A stretch of 64,000 nucleotides of DNA from NCBI GenBank assembly GCA_023266095.1, contig JAHFRV010000001.1:64110-128109 (forward strand), read 5' to 3'. Below are positions 39,907 to 50,366 of the stretch, piece by piece. The translations under genes were made by a program, and so were the position numbers. The stretch is from Gammaproteobacteria bacterium. GTDB lineage: Bacteria > Pseudomonadota > Gammaproteobacteria > DRLM01. Every line of letters begins with the position of its first letter. Within the stretch, counting starts at the first letter, position 1. Under the pieces are notes generated by a model. The model was not told the origin of the DNA. It saw only the letters and a program-made list of their open reading frames with translations, and searched no databases.

Positions 39907-41406
39907 TCAACCACCACCTTTGACGGATGGCAACTTCGATACCAGTCGCAACGATACGGTCAGCCCCTCCAACTGATAATGAGGGCGCAAATAAAATTTG
40001 GACGAGTAATATCCTGGATTGCCCTCCACTTCTTCCACCACCACCTCGGCCGCCGCTAGCGGTCGCTGCGCCTTGGTAGTCTCGCTGGAATGCTCGGGAT
40101 CGCCATCGACGTACTGCATGATCCACCCCTGCAACCAGCGTTGCATCTCCTCCCGGCTCTTGAACGAGCCGATCTTGTCGCGGACGATGCATTTGAGGTA
40201 GTGCGCAAACCGGCAGATCGCGAACAAATAGGGCAGACGCGCGGCCAGGTTGGCGTTGGCTGTGGCATCCGGATCGGTATACTCCGCCGGTTTTTGCAGC
40301 GACTGTGCGCCGATGAAGGCGGCGAAATCGCTGTTCTTGCGATGGAGCAGCGGCATGAAGCCGTTTTTGGCCAGCTCCGCCTCGCGCCTATCACTGATTG
40401 CGATCTCGGTCGGACACTTCATGTCGACACCGCCGTCGTCGGTGGGGAAGGTGTGTGCCGGCAATCCTTCGACCGCGCCGCCGGACTCCACACCGCGGAT
40501 GCGCGAACACCAGCCATACAGTTTGTAGGAGCGATTGATGTTGACCGCCATCGCATATGCCGAATTGGCCCAGGTGTATTTGTCGTGCCGCGCGCCCTCG
40601 ACATCTTCTTCGAAATCGAATTCCTCGACGGGCTGGGTCTTCGCCCCATAAGGCAGGCGCGCCAGAAACCGCGGCAGGACCAGACCGATGTAACGTGCGT
40701 CCTCCGATTCACGCAACGAGCGCCAAGCGGCATATTCCGGAGTAGTGAATATCTTGGTGAGGTCGCGGGGATTACTGAGTTCCTGCCAGCTGTCCATTTG
40801 CATCACCGCGGGCGCGGCGCCGGCGATGAACGGCGCATGGGCCGCCGCCGAGATCTGGGCGATCTCACCCAGCAACTCGACATCCGGCGGGCTGTGATCA
40901 AAATAGTAGTCGCTCACCAGACACCCATAAGGCTCGCCGCCGAATTGCCCGAATTCCTGCTCATAGAGCTTTTTGAATATCGGGCTCTGATCCCATGCCG
41001 TACCCTTGAAGGTCTTTAACATCTTGGCGAGTTCCGCCTTGGAGATGTTCATCACCCGGATCTTTAGCATTTCGTCCGTTTCGGTATTGTTGACGAGATG
41101 ATGCAGCCCTCGCCATGCGCTCTCTATTTTCTGAAAATCGGCATGATGCAATATCTGATTAATCTGCTGACTGAGCTTTTTGTCAATTTCGGCGATGAGG
41201 GACTGAATAGTCTGCGAGACATCGGGCGAGATGATCACGGCACCGCGCAGCGCCTGCTCGGCCAGGGTGCGCACCGCGCCTTCGACTTCCTCACGCGAAC
41301 GTTCGCTCTTGGGCCGGAATTCCTTCTCTAGGAGTGTGGCGAAGTCACCGACTGCCGCCACCGACGACGCCGACGGGGCTTGGGTTTGAGTTTGCGGATC
41401 CGCCAT
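39907..41406 (-). CDS. tssC: T6SS sheath large subunit TssC
   Basis: 499 aa VipB/TssC family. Confidence 0.95.
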   Translation of the reverse strand: MADPQTQTQAPSASSVAAVGDFATLLEKEFRPKSERSREEVEGAVRTLAEQALRGAVIISPDVSQTIQSLIAEIDKKLSQQINQILHHADFQKIESAWRGLHHLVNNTETDEMLKIRVMNISKAELAKMLKTFKGTAWDQSPIFKKLYEQEFGQFGGEPYGCLVSDYYFDHSPPDVELLGEIAQISAAAHAPFIAGAAPAVMQMDSWQELSNPRDLTKIFTTPEYAAWRSLRESEDARYIGLVLPRFLARLPYGAKTQPVEEFDFEEDVEGARHDKYTWANSAYAMAVNINRSYKLYGWCSRIRGVESGGAVEGLPAHTFPTDDGGVDMKCPTEIAISDRREAELAKNGFMPLLHRKNSDFAAFIGAQSLQKPAEYTDPDATANANLAARLPYLFAICRFAHYLKCIVRDKIGSFKSREEMQRWLQGWIMQYVDGDPEHSSETTKAQRPLAAAEVVVEEVEGNPGYYSSKFYLRPHYQLEGLTVSLRLVSKLPSVKGGG

Positions 41407-41409
41407 AAA

Positions 41410-41949
41410 TTATTCCTCCTTGGGTGCCGCTGATTCGCCGGCTTGCGACTCGGGTTTGGGCTTGGGTGCGGATGCCAAGGCTTGCAGCAGCACCGGATCC
41501 TGTAGCAGTTTCGCCACCAGTTCCTCTGCGCCGCTCTTGCCATCCATATATGTAATGAGATTGGCCAACTGTGTGCGCGCCTCCAGCAACTGATTCAGCG
41601 CGCCCACTTTGCGCGCCACCGCCGCGGGCGAGAAGTCGTCCATGCTGTCAAAGGTGATATCGACGTTGAGATTGCCCTCACCGGTGAGCGTGTTCGGCAC
41701 CTGAAAAGCGACGCGCGGTTTCATCGCCTTGAGCCGCTCATTGAAATTGTCGACGTCGATTTCCAAAAACTTGCGGTCGGCCACCGGCGGCAAGGCCTCG
41801 GCGGGTTTGCCCGACAAATCGGACATCACCCCCATCACGAACGGCAGCTGAATCTTTTTTTCGGCGCCGTAGAGTTCGACGTCGTATTCGATCTGTACCC
41901 GCGGGGCGCGGTTCCGAGCGATGAATTTCTGACTGCTCATTTTCGCCAT
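41410..41949 (-). CDS. tssB: T6SS sheath small subunit TssB
   Basis: 179 aa; ...PRVQIEYDVELYGAEKKIQLPFVMGVMSDLSGK... Confidence 0.95.
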   Translation of the reverse strand: MAKMSSQKFIARNRAPRVQIEYDVELYGAEKKIQLPFVMGVMSDLSGKPAEALPPVADRKFLEIDVDNFNERLKAMKPRVAFQVPNTLTGEGNLNVDITFDSMDDFSPAAVARKVGALNQLLEARTQLANLITYMDGKSGAEELVAKLLQDPVLLQALASAPKPKPESQAGESAAPKEE

Positions 41950-42021
41950 AGTCTTGCTCCTTGGTTTGCTTGCACCGGCGGCGCCGTTCTCTGCCGTGTT
42001 GCCATGCAGCCGTCACCGCCA

Positions 42022-43038
42022 TTAATTCGGCTGTTTTGCTCCCAGACCGCCGATGAGCTCGATCCGCGCCATGGCATCGGGCGTCAGATCGCGAACGATA
42101 TCGACGAAACTCTTCGAGACCAACTGCTTCGCCCGCCGCAACAAAAGGGGTACGGGGCTGGAGGGCTCCCACTCATCATAGTACGCGCAAATCATGTCCA
42201 GGTTGATGATGACGTCTTGCCGGTTCCGAATGGAACTTGTCGATATTTGCCGCGCCAGTGTTTGATGGACCCCCGCGACGCTGGCCGCCACGGCCTCCCC
42301 GGCTAACGGGACGGCCAGCACGGTCTCGATCTGTTGCAGCAAACCGCGCACGCCACCCAGCTCAGGAACACGTTCGGCTCCCACCTTCTCTGCCAGCAAG
42401 GCGCCTATTTCCCGCACATACTGCAGCGCGTCTCGCGAGGCGGCATAGAGCTGCTGACGAAGCACGGGCTCAGCGGCGGCGAGCGCCGCATCGATCTCGG
42501 CCCGGACCGGCGGCAGCGGAGTACCCCCCGCCATGGGAAGCAGGCCGTGCGCCATCAACAGCGTGCGCACATCGAGACGGCCCAGACCGGGCAGGGTCAG
42601 CAAAAACGCTTCGCGGACGCCACGCAGCATGACAGGGTCATTGAGCCCCGCCAAGGCATTGAGCCGGAGAGCAGGATCGTTATTATCAGCGGGATCGAGC
42701 TGGGGGTGTACCTGATCCCAATAGTCTTTAAGCAGACCGTGGGTGACAGCGAGGCCGTCGCGCAGCCCTTCGAGACCGGCGGTATGCGCCGCCGCCGCGG
42801 TAAGATGCAGGGCGACGCGCAGGTCTTTGGTTCGAGTGAATACCTCGAGGGCGCGGCGCTGTACGTCTTGCCAATCCGGCTCCACGGCCGGAATGACCGT
42901 CTCGCCGTATTGCTGTTCCGGCTTGGCGACGGCGGCGCGTGCAAGCTCGGTATACGCCGCGTCATATTCAAGATTTTGGCCGCAGGGCGCCTGGAGAGAT
43001 ATCTCCCGTAGCAGCTTCTCTGTATCGATCGCACCCAT
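42022..43038 (-). CDS. tssA: T6SS protein TssA (short TssA1-type, ImpA N-domain)
   Basis: 338 aa; ...QAPCGQNLEYDAAYTEL... ImpA_N motif. Confidence 0.85.
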   Translation of the reverse strand: MGAIDTEKLLREISLQAPCGQNLEYDAAYTELARAAVAKPEQQYGETVIPAVEPDWQDVQRRALEVFTRTKDLRVALHLTAAAAHTAGLEGLRDGLAVTHGLLKDYWDQVHPQLDPADNNDPALRLNALAGLNDPVMLRGVREAFLLTLPGLGRLDVRTLLMAHGLLPMAGGTPLPPVRAEIDAALAAAEPVLRQQLYAASRDALQYVREIGALLAEKVGAERVPELGGVRGLLQQIETVLAVPLAGEAVAASVAGVHQTLARQISTSSIRNRQDVIINLDMICAYYDEWEPSSPVPLLLRRAKQLVSKSFVDIVRDLTPDAMARIELIGGLGAKQPN

Positions 43039-43307
43039 GCGTTCGCGCCCTGCGCTCGTAGTAAACTTTTAGCGCCTCCTCACCCTCGGTGCATTCCACT
43101 TCCCATGCCCCATGATTCGCGCCGTCCGCAACCTGCTACAACCTAAAGCAACAGCATAAATCTGAACCACCACCATAAGCAAGGAAAGGCTGTACCAGGA
43201 TTTGAGGCTATATTCCGACCGCATTGCGCCCGCTTAAACGCGGGAGCCTCACGCCCTCATCCTGCAGGCCCGGCTCGGCGACCGATTTAAGCGCGCGACC
43301 AGAAGAT

Positions 43308-43577
43308 TCAAGCCAGACTCCACATCACCACGGCCGCGCCGATCACCACGACAAAAATAAACAGCAGTATCACGGAGCGGTGACGCCGTCGCCGCGGTGA
43401 GAGGGATAGCGATGGCGTAGCATGCGGCAAGGTGACGTCAGCCGCCAGCATGTCGGCTCCAGCATCGAGACCGTCCAATAACTCCGCGCGCAGGCGGCGA
43501 TAGGCCTCGCTGCCGAGCGCGCCCGCCTGATAGCGCTGTACGATATGTTGCAATCTGTCGTTCGCCGTTTCTTCCAT
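43308..43577 (-). CDS. Hypothetical 89-aa protein with C-terminal TM anchor, between pppA and tssA
   Basis: ORF with helical N-terminus and RRRRHR + hydrophobic tail; no homology recognised. Confidence 0.35.
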   Translation of the reverse strand: MEETANDRLQHIVQRYQAGALGSEAYRRLRAELLDGLDAGADMLAADVTLPHATPSLSLSPRRRRHRSVILLFIFVVVIGAAVVMWSLA

Positions 43578-43715
43578 ATGCGAATTCCGCTGCTGTTAAC
43601 CCGCCGTGAACTACACCCCTTCTCCCCCGCGGGAGAGGCCGAGGGGGAATGGATGAATCAATTTCAGCAACTCGCCCCGTCCCTCTCCTGTTGATTGCCG
43701 GGTAGATAATGTTCT

Positions 43716-44486
43716 TTATACACGCGTGAAAAAATCCACCACCAACGCCGTGAGGTTGTCGCGCGCACGGCGTGCCAGCGCCGCGTCGATGAGAGCTTGG
43801 CACGCCGCGCTGCATTTACCGCGAGCGAGCAGCGCCTCGAGTTCCGTCGCCGCGAGCTCACGATACAAGCCATCACTGCACACCAGATAACGATCGCCTT
43901 CCTCGAGCGCTCGCAGCTCCATGTCCAGATGCAACAGCGGCTCGGCGCCGACGGCACGGGTGACGATATTCGCCGCCGGATGCCTATCGGCCTCTTCTTC
44001 AGACAAAAAACCTTGCGTCACCCATTGCTGGATCTGGCTGTGGTCACGGGTGATCTGTTGCAAGGTACCTGCACGCAAACGATACACCCGGCTGTCGCCG
44101 GCCCACATGCTGAGGCAATGACGCCTGTGCGCGAGCAGCACCGCCACCGTGCTGCCCATCACGGTGGGCGGCTGCTGGCCCGCGGCCAGATCGTGCATCA
44201 GCCGATTGGCGGCGAACAGGCGTTGTTCGACCTCATCAACCAGTGCGCTGAAATTGACGTGGGACTGGACCGCGGCCAGCTGCTCGACGATCGTGCGACT
44301 CGCCACATCGCCGGCGTGATGTCCACCCATGCCATCGGCCACGGCCCACAGACCACACTCGGCGCGTTCCAGAAACGCGTCCTCGTTGATGGTGCGCACC
44401 TTACCGACATGGGTGGCGGCCGCGGAAATCCACTGAAACGGAAACAACTGGTTCATGTATCCCACTGCCTTAAGATGGAGCCTCAC
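43716..44486 (-). CDS. pppA: PP2C-type Ser/Thr phosphatase PppA (TagG)
   Basis: 256 aa; ...AVADGMGGHHAGDVASR... PPM motif. Confidence 0.85.
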   Translation of the reverse strand: MRLHLKAVGYMNQLFPFQWISAAATHVGKVRTINEDAFLERAECGLWAVADGMGGHHAGDVASRTIVEQLAAVQSHVNFSALVDEVEQRLFAANRLMHDLAAGQQPPTVMGSTVAVLLAHRRHCLSMWAGDSRVYRLRAGTLQQITRDHSQIQQWVTQGFLSEEEADRHPAANIVTRAVGAEPLLHLDMELRALEEGDRYLVCSDGLYRELAATELEALLARGKCSAACQALIDAALARRARDNLTALVVDFFTRV

Positions 44487-45228
44487 CCCCGTCGGATGCC
44501 GCCGTCAGCGGCACCGCCCAATCCTGCCACGACCTGCGCCGCCACTCGCCGGCCAGCATGGCGGCGTAACCCTCGGCGGGCGGCAGTCCCGAACAGATCA
44601 ATAACGAAGGCTCGATCAATTCAGAACCGCTACTCCACCACAGACTATACGGCCCCCACTGCCGCACCAGCAATTGCCCGAGCAGTCCGGGCATCACCGC
44701 CGCCACGCCATTCACCATCGGCAGAGCGACCCGGCACGCGCCTATCGGCGCCGCGCCGTAAGCCTCTTCATGCGATAGATTCAACTCCGGCAGCGGTCCC
44801 AGCGTCATCGCGCGCGCGGCCAGTGTCTCGGGATCGCAAGCCTCTTCCTCCAGCACAGCTTGCATCAGCTCTTCGGCCTTATCGAACCAGGCCGTTGCCT
44901 GCTGCGCCACGGACACCAGGGCCGCGCCGGCGGTCAGCGGAGCGGCGAGGGTCAGGGGGAAATAACGTCCCACCCGATCGACGCTGGGCATCACTACCCC
45001 CGCCCACGCCGAGCTCCCGCACACCTGCGGCGACAAGACGAAACGCCACATCGGGCTTTCGAGATAGATCTTAAGCCAGTGCTCGCCGAGTTGCTGGCGA
45101 CTGCAGGCGATCGCGCGCTGCAGCCAACCGTCCCAAGGTTCGACGAAGGCGCGCGGCAGCGCGCGGGTGACGAAATCGCCCAAGCTCGGCAGCTTGCCGT
45201 GGAAACCGGGCAGGCCAAGCGCGGTCAC
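44470..45228 (-). CDS. tagF: T6SS-associated protein TagF (ImpM/DUF2094)
   Basis: 252 aa; MTALGLPGFHGKLPSLGDFVTR... TagF signature; overlaps pppA start. Confidence 0.85.
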   Translation of the reverse strand: MTALGLPGFHGKLPSLGDFVTRALPRAFVEPWDGWLQRAIACSRQQLGEHWLKIYLESPMWRFVLSPQVCGSSAWAGVVMPSVDRVGRYFPLTLAAPLTAGAALVSVAQQATAWFDKAEELMQAVLEEEACDPETLAARAMTLGPLPELNLSHEEAYGAAPIGACRVALPMVNGVAAVMPGLLGQLLVRQWGPYSLWWSSGSELIEPSLLICSGLPPAEGYAAMLAGEWRRRSWQDWAVPLTAASDGGEAPS

Positions 45229-45230
45229 GG

Positions 45231-48200
45231 CTACAACCTCGCCGGGCAGCGAAAGGCCTGCACGTCTTTATTGACGAAAGGATTGAACACACTGCTGGCC
45301 TGGAGCTCATAGCGCGCCTTGCGGCCCTCGACCTCGAAGCTCACGGCGATGCGATCCGGAGCCAGCACCTCGACCCGCGACTGATCCAGCACCCGGAACC
45401 AGGCCCAGGTTCCTTCTTTGCTCAGGCTCGCACGCTGCCCGCCGCCTTCGAATATCACCCGGGTCTGGGGCGGACCGGCACTGCCGGGCCACTGCGCAGA
45501 CTCGGGGCGGGCAGGACCATGGCGGTAAGTAAACTGCTGGCCATCGATGTCCAGCAGGAACTGGCTGACCTCGGCATCGAGATAGAGCGGCTTGAGCGCA
45601 AAACGCACCCCTGGCCGGTTGCCGCCACCTTGAAAATAAGTCTGTTTGATCGCCTGGGCACGGCGGAACTGGCGCAAGGCCTCGTCGGAGAACACCAGCC
45701 CCGCTCCCGCGGCGACACGCCATTGTCCTCCCGAGGTATCGATGAAGGGCTGAAGATTCTCCATGAAAAACTTGTCGAGCAGCCCGCCGGGGCCGAAGAG
45801 CTGAGCGAAGTCGTCCAACGTGACTTCGCGCGTACCGTTGGGGAAAAACGGATAGCGACCGGCCAAGGCCCGCTCGCATTGCGGCAAGATCGTGCCCGTC
45901 CATTTCGCGTTGAGTTCGCCGCGCGCCCCGCCCACGGTCGCCGCGCGGCTACCGCCGCCCAACTCCGCCAGCCAAGCGCTGAGCGGCGCGGGCTGGCGGG
46001 CGGCCTCGATCTGCACCCGCCGCAGAATGTCGCCGCCACCCTGCTGCGCCGCTTGTAGGCTCGCGCCGGGCAGTGCTCCGCTCAGACTATTGAGATAGCC
46101 ATACAGATCCGACAGCAGCGCCATCACCTGATCGAGCGGCGGCGCGCCGCCCTCACCACGCACCAGCCGGCTGAGGCGGACATAGTGGCGCTCGATGACT
46201 TGTTCCGGCGGCAATTCGGCGACCTCGGTCTTCTTACCCGTCAAACCCTCGACCAGGCGCGAAAGCTGGGTCTTCTCGGCCGCCTGCTTGGCGAGATCGC
46301 CGACCGTCTTCTTGCCGCCGGGCCGCTCCGTCAAGGTGGTGTTGCGCACCACGGCATCCAGCAGCGCCCGCAGCGGCGAAGTCGGTCCCGACAGGATGCC
46401 CACCACCTCGGCCGCCTGGCCCACACTGGTGAAGGGTACGATACGCAGGTCGCTCAGCAGTTCGTCCCAGTAGCGTTCATAATCGGCCTGATACAGTTTG
46501 TTGATATTGGTTTCGAGCTCCTGCAACTCCGCCTGGCTCAGCGGATGCTCCGCCGTACCCAACACCCAGCTCTCGTCCTGGATCTGGCGGGCGCGATCCT
46601 CGCTCTGTGGCAGATAGACCTCGTAATAGCCGCGATAGGTATATAACCCCGGTATGGGTGCATCCAAGCCCGCGCCGCTCTTGCGCGCAAACACTTTTTG
46701 GCCGGACTCGCCCACCACATCGATCACCCGGAAAGGGATTTCGTCCCGCGCGAGATAATCGCGCTTGAGACGGCCGTAGACCAATTGCGCCAAGGACACC
46801 TGACGCAAACCCAGCCGCGCATCGTGCACCAGACCTTGGTCCAAGCCGACGGGCCGCACGCCTTCCTTGAGTAGGGTCTGAAAATGCTCCTCGAGCGGGC
46901 CATATTGATTGGGCGGCAGCGTAGTCTCCCAATCCAGACTCATCCACGCCCCCAGTTGGGCCGGATCCAAACGCGCCGGCACATTAAGCATGAGATAAAG
47001 TTTGAGCAGCTGATACTGTGCATCGGGATTACCCGCCGCCGCGCGCAACTGCTGTTCGATGCGCGTCGCGACCCGGGGTCGCAGCAGGGCATTGAGTTCA
47101 CGCACATAGGCATCCTGCGCACTCTCGCCGATGGCATTACCCTGATAAAGCCATAATCGCATATACCACGGCACATGGTCGGCATGGGCCTGTGCCATGG
47201 CAACCACCTGTTTGAGTGCATCCAGCCGCGGCAGCAGCGCACTGAAGTCCGCGTCATCCGGCAAGAGTTTGTTTGCTTCCGCTTGATAAGCGGCCAGGCT
47301 GGCCTGCACCTCGCCGACATAACGCTTGTTGGCGGTAAAGCTCGCCGACCAGGCGACGGCCGCGACCACGGTGACGAGCAGCGCCGCGGCATAGGCGCCG
47401 CGTTGCAACCAGGCACGCTGGATCTCGAAGCGCCGGTTGCTGCCGACGATGCGCGCTTCCGGAAACACCACCCGTTTGAGCAGATCGGTCAAAAAATAAC
47501 TGCGGCCGTGGCCGGTGAACGAGGCCAGCATCTGACGTTCTAGCCTGAAGGTACGGGCGACACCGGCGACCAGCCGGTCGATGGGTGCGCCCTCTTGAGT
47601 GCCGCTGGTAAAGTAGACGCCGCGCAGCAGGCTCGCCTCTTCGAAACGACTGACGCCGAATACCGCCCGCAGAAATTCGCTCATGGCCGGTTTGAGCGCG
47701 GCCAGCTGCTGCGGAAAACCGTAGATCAAGGCACGCCGCTGCAAATCGCGCTCCTGCTGCAAACGCGGCCACAGGCGCTGATCCAGCCGCGTCATCAACG
47801 CGTCGAACTCGGCGCCGAACTGATCCACCGCGCCGGCCTCGCTCGCGGCGAGCGCAAAGCTCATGCCCCACACCTGGGCCCGCTCCTCCTTGCCGAGGTC
47901 TTCGAAAAACTCGGTGAAGCCCGCCAGCAAGTCGCATTTGGTGAACATGAAATAGACGGGGAAACGCACGCCCAGCGACTGCCGCAATTCGAGGATACGT
48001 TGATGGATGGCGCGCGCATGCGCCAGGCGTTCTTCGGGGCTTTGGGTCAAAAGATCGGCAAGGCTCATTGCTACCAGTGCGCCATTGATGGGCTGCCGCC
48101 GCCGATATTTCTTCAATAAGCCGAGAAAACCTTGCCAGGCGGCGCTGTCAACCGCAGCCTGACTGTCTTGGGTGGTATAGCGTCCGGCGGTATCGAGTAA

Positions 48201-48737
48201 CACTGCTTCGTTGGTGAACCACCAGTCGCAGTTGCGCGTGCCGCCGACGCCGCGCACCGCATCCTTGCCGTAACGCTCCGCCAGCGGGAATTCCAGGCCG
48301 GAATTGCGCAGCGCCGTGGTCTTGCCGCTACCGGGCGGACCGATGATGATGTACCAGGGCAAGTCATACAGACTGGGGCCCTGGCCTTTGCGCGCCGCCT
48401 TCTTGAGCAGGCTGACCGCCTCTTCGAAGCGCTCCTTCAAGGCGGCCACCTCTTCCACCGACTGCGTCTCTTCGGGGGAGGGCGGGGGTGCTTGCGAAAT
48501 GCCCTGCATGATCTGCTCGCTCGCCTTCGCGGCGCGCAGACGCTTCCAGAGCCGATGCAGCCCGAAGCCGAGGAACACTAGGCCGATGCACACCAGCCGG
48601 GCGATCAGTCCTTCCAGCGGCCGGTAATCGGCGAAGGCGAGATAAGGCCCTGCGAACAGGATGATTAGGGCGAGCGCGCTCAGGCCCAGCAGCGTCATCA
48701 CCCAACGTCGTTTGAAAATACCCAAGAGTTTTTTCAT
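45231..48737 (-). CDS. tssM: T6SS membrane complex protein TssM (IcmF)
   Basis: 1168 aa; N-terminal TMs, Walker A GPPGSGKTT, IcmF-related domains. Confidence 0.95.
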   Translation of the reverse strand: MKKLLGIFKRRWVMTLLGLSALALIILFAGPYLAFADYRPLEGLIARLVCIGLVFLGFGLHRLWKRLRAAKASEQIMQGISQAPPPSPEETQSVEEVAALKERFEEAVSLLKKAARKGQGPSLYDLPWYIIIGPPGSGKTTALRNSGLEFPLAERYGKDAVRGVGGTRNCDWWFTNEAVLLDTAGRYTTQDSQAAVDSAAWQGFLGLLKKYRRRQPINGALVAMSLADLLTQSPEERLAHARAIHQRILELRQSLGVRFPVYFMFTKCDLLAGFTEFFEDLGKEERAQVWGMSFALAASEAGAVDQFGAEFDALMTRLDQRLWPRLQQERDLQRRALIYGFPQQLAALKPAMSEFLRAVFGVSRFEEASLLRGVYFTSGTQEGAPIDRLVAGVARTFRLERQMLASFTGHGRSYFLTDLLKRVVFPEARIVGSNRRFEIQRAWLQRGAYAAALLVTVVAAVAWSASFTANKRYVGEVQASLAAYQAEANKLLPDDADFSALLPRLDALKQVVAMAQAHADHVPWYMRLWLYQGNAIGESAQDAYVRELNALLRPRVATRIEQQLRAAAGNPDAQYQLLKLYLMLNVPARLDPAQLGAWMSLDWETTLPPNQYGPLEEHFQTLLKEGVRPVGLDQGLVHDARLGLRQVSLAQLVYGRLKRDYLARDEIPFRVIDVVGESGQKVFARKSGAGLDAPIPGLYTYRGYYEVYLPQSEDRARQIQDESWVLGTAEHPLSQAELQELETNINKLYQADYERYWDELLSDLRIVPFTSVGQAAEVVGILSGPTSPLRALLDAVVRNTTLTERPGGKKTVGDLAKQAAEKTQLSRLVEGLTGKKTEVAELPPEQVIERHYVRLSRLVRGEGGAPPLDQVMALLSDLYGYLNSLSGALPGASLQAAQQGGGDILRRVQIEAARQPAPLSAWLAELGGGSRAATVGGARGELNAKWTGTILPQCERALAGRYPFFPNGTREVTLDDFAQLFGPGGLLDKFFMENLQPFIDTSGGQWRVAAGAGLVFSDEALRQFRRAQAIKQTYFQGGGNRPGVRFALKPLYLDAEVSQFLLDIDGQQFTYRHGPARPESAQWPGSAGPPQTRVIFEGGGQRASLSKEGTWAWFRVLDQSRVEVLAPDRIAVSFEVEGRKARYELQASSVFNPFVNKDVQAFRCPARL

Positions 48738-48739
48738 GA

Positions 48740-50050
48740 CTACGGCGAACCCCCCGCCAAGAGCGCGATCTCGACCCGCCGATTGCGGGCACGGTTGGCG
48801 GCACTGTCATTGGGCGCCAGGGGCTCGGTATCGGCGCGTCCCTCGGCGAGCAAGCGTCCCGGTGCGTGCATCGCGGCCGCCAGAACCTTCACTACCTCCG
48901 CCGCGCGCGCGCGCGACAGTTCCCAGTTCGACTGGAAGTTCAACGAGCGGATCGGGATATCATCGCTGTGGCCCGTCACCACGACCTGCCCCGGCACCTG
49001 CGCCAGCGCCTGCGCGATGCGCTCAAGAAGAGGCAGATAGCCGGCCTCCACCCGCGCGCTGCCCGAGGCGAAGAGGCCGTCACCCCGTAATGTGATAGTG
49101 GCGCTGGCCGACTCTTCACGCAGTTCGATCTTTCCTTCCGCGATCTCGGACCGCAGCAGATCGGCCAGCAGCAGCCGAGTGGGCGCGACGGGGAACGCCG
49201 GTTCCGCTTTGGGCGCAACACGGCCGACGCCGTCGAGCGCGCGGAATACCGGATCGGTGTCGTTGCCGAGACTGAAACGGAAGGCAAGGTAGATGGCCAG
49301 CAGCAGCGACGCCGCCAGGACACCGACCACCCACAGCGGCACATAACGCGCAAGGTCGGCGCGCGGTTCTTCAATCCCGCGCCAATGCGGCGAGAGTTCA
49401 CGTTCGACCTCGCCGCGCTGGGTACGCAACAGACGGAACAACGCCTCGCGGATCTCTTCGAGCTTAGCCCGGCCCCGCTCCATGATGCGGTATTTGCCTT
49501 CGAAACCCAGCGTCAGGCAGAGCGCCATGAATTCGAGCAGCTGCAGGTGCCGCGCCGGTTCCCGACCAAGACTTTCCAAGATAAGGAAAAACCGCTCGCC
49601 GCCCTTGGCTTCGTTGTGGAAAGTAATGAGCAGACTGTGCTGTCCCCATAAACTGGTGCTGCCCCAGGGTGTGTTGAGCACGGTCTCGTCGATCAGACTG
49701 CACAAGGCATAACGCGCGGCGGCCACCGACTCCGGCGTCGCCCCCCCGGCACGGGCCTTTTGTTCGAATTCTTTTATTTCCTGGACGACCCGCGCCCGCA
49801 GTCCTTCCACATCGGGATGACTGGCCGCAATACGCAACTGACCAGTCAGGGACAACAAGATGGCGGCGGCGCTGATCAGCGGATTTTGATTCGCCGTCGT
49901 CCACGCCGGCAGGGCGGTGTCGTAATTATTAACGGAAGCCGGCGGCGGTAGGGGGGGTATGCCCGGCGGCGGACGACGCCCTCCCGGCGTGGGCCGGATG
50001 ATGGTGCGGTCGGCGTCGCCGGGGCCGAATACGCTATCGTCGGTGGCCAT
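48740..50050 (-). CDS. tssL: T6SS membrane complex protein TssL (DotU) with C-terminal OmpA/MotB-like peptidoglycan-binding extension
   Basis: 436 aa; DotU domain then TM then ...VVVTGHSDDIPIRSLNFQSNWELSRARAAEV...RNRRVEI OmpA-like. Confidence 0.9.
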   Translation of the reverse strand: MATDDSVFGPGDADRTIIRPTPGGRRPPPGIPPLPPPASVNNYDTALPAWTTANQNPLISAAAILLSLTGQLRIAASHPDVEGLRARVVQEIKEFEQKARAGGATPESVAAARYALCSLIDETVLNTPWGSTSLWGQHSLLITFHNEAKGGERFFLILESLGREPARHLQLLEFMALCLTLGFEGKYRIMERGRAKLEEIREALFRLLRTQRGEVERELSPHWRGIEEPRADLARYVPLWVVGVLAASLLLAIYLAFRFSLGNDTDPVFRALDGVGRVAPKAEPAFPVAPTRLLLADLLRSEIAEGKIELREESASATITLRGDGLFASGSARVEAGYLPLLERIAQALAQVPGQVVVTGHSDDIPIRSLNFQSNWELSRARAAEVVKVLAAAMHAPGRLLAEGRADTEPLAPNDSAANRARNRRVEIALLAGGSP

Positions 50051-50072
50051 CGCAGAGCTAAGCGGCGCGACG

Positions 50073-50366
50073 CTAGGAGCGTCCGCTTGAGCGCCGGGTT
50101 AGCACTCTTGATGCACGTTTATATATAAGAATTGCCGCCATTGTTATGCATGTAACCAATATAAGCGATACCACTAGTCCAAATATTATTCCTACCGTTG
50201 CTACATCCTCGGCCGTTTTAGCAGAAGCGGCATCCGTAATCCATATTGAAAGAGATTCTGGTATTTGTGGAAATAAGTTTGGGTTGTAGTACCACGTATA
50301 CGCCAGCGTTACAGACGAAGCCAGAATCCAAGTTGCCAGAATTGACTTTTTATGCGCGGAAGTCAT
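50073..50366 (-). CDS. Small 2-TM membrane protein (97 aa), candidate immunity for the Tlde1-like effector
   Basis: Start overlaps the effector stop (ATGA); AT-rich; two hydrophobic helices. Confidence 0.45.
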   Translation of the reverse strand: MTSAHKKSILATWILASSVTLAYTWYYNPNLFPQIPESLSIWITDAASAKTAEDVATVGIIFGLVVSLILVTCITMAAILIYKRASRVLTRRSSGRS

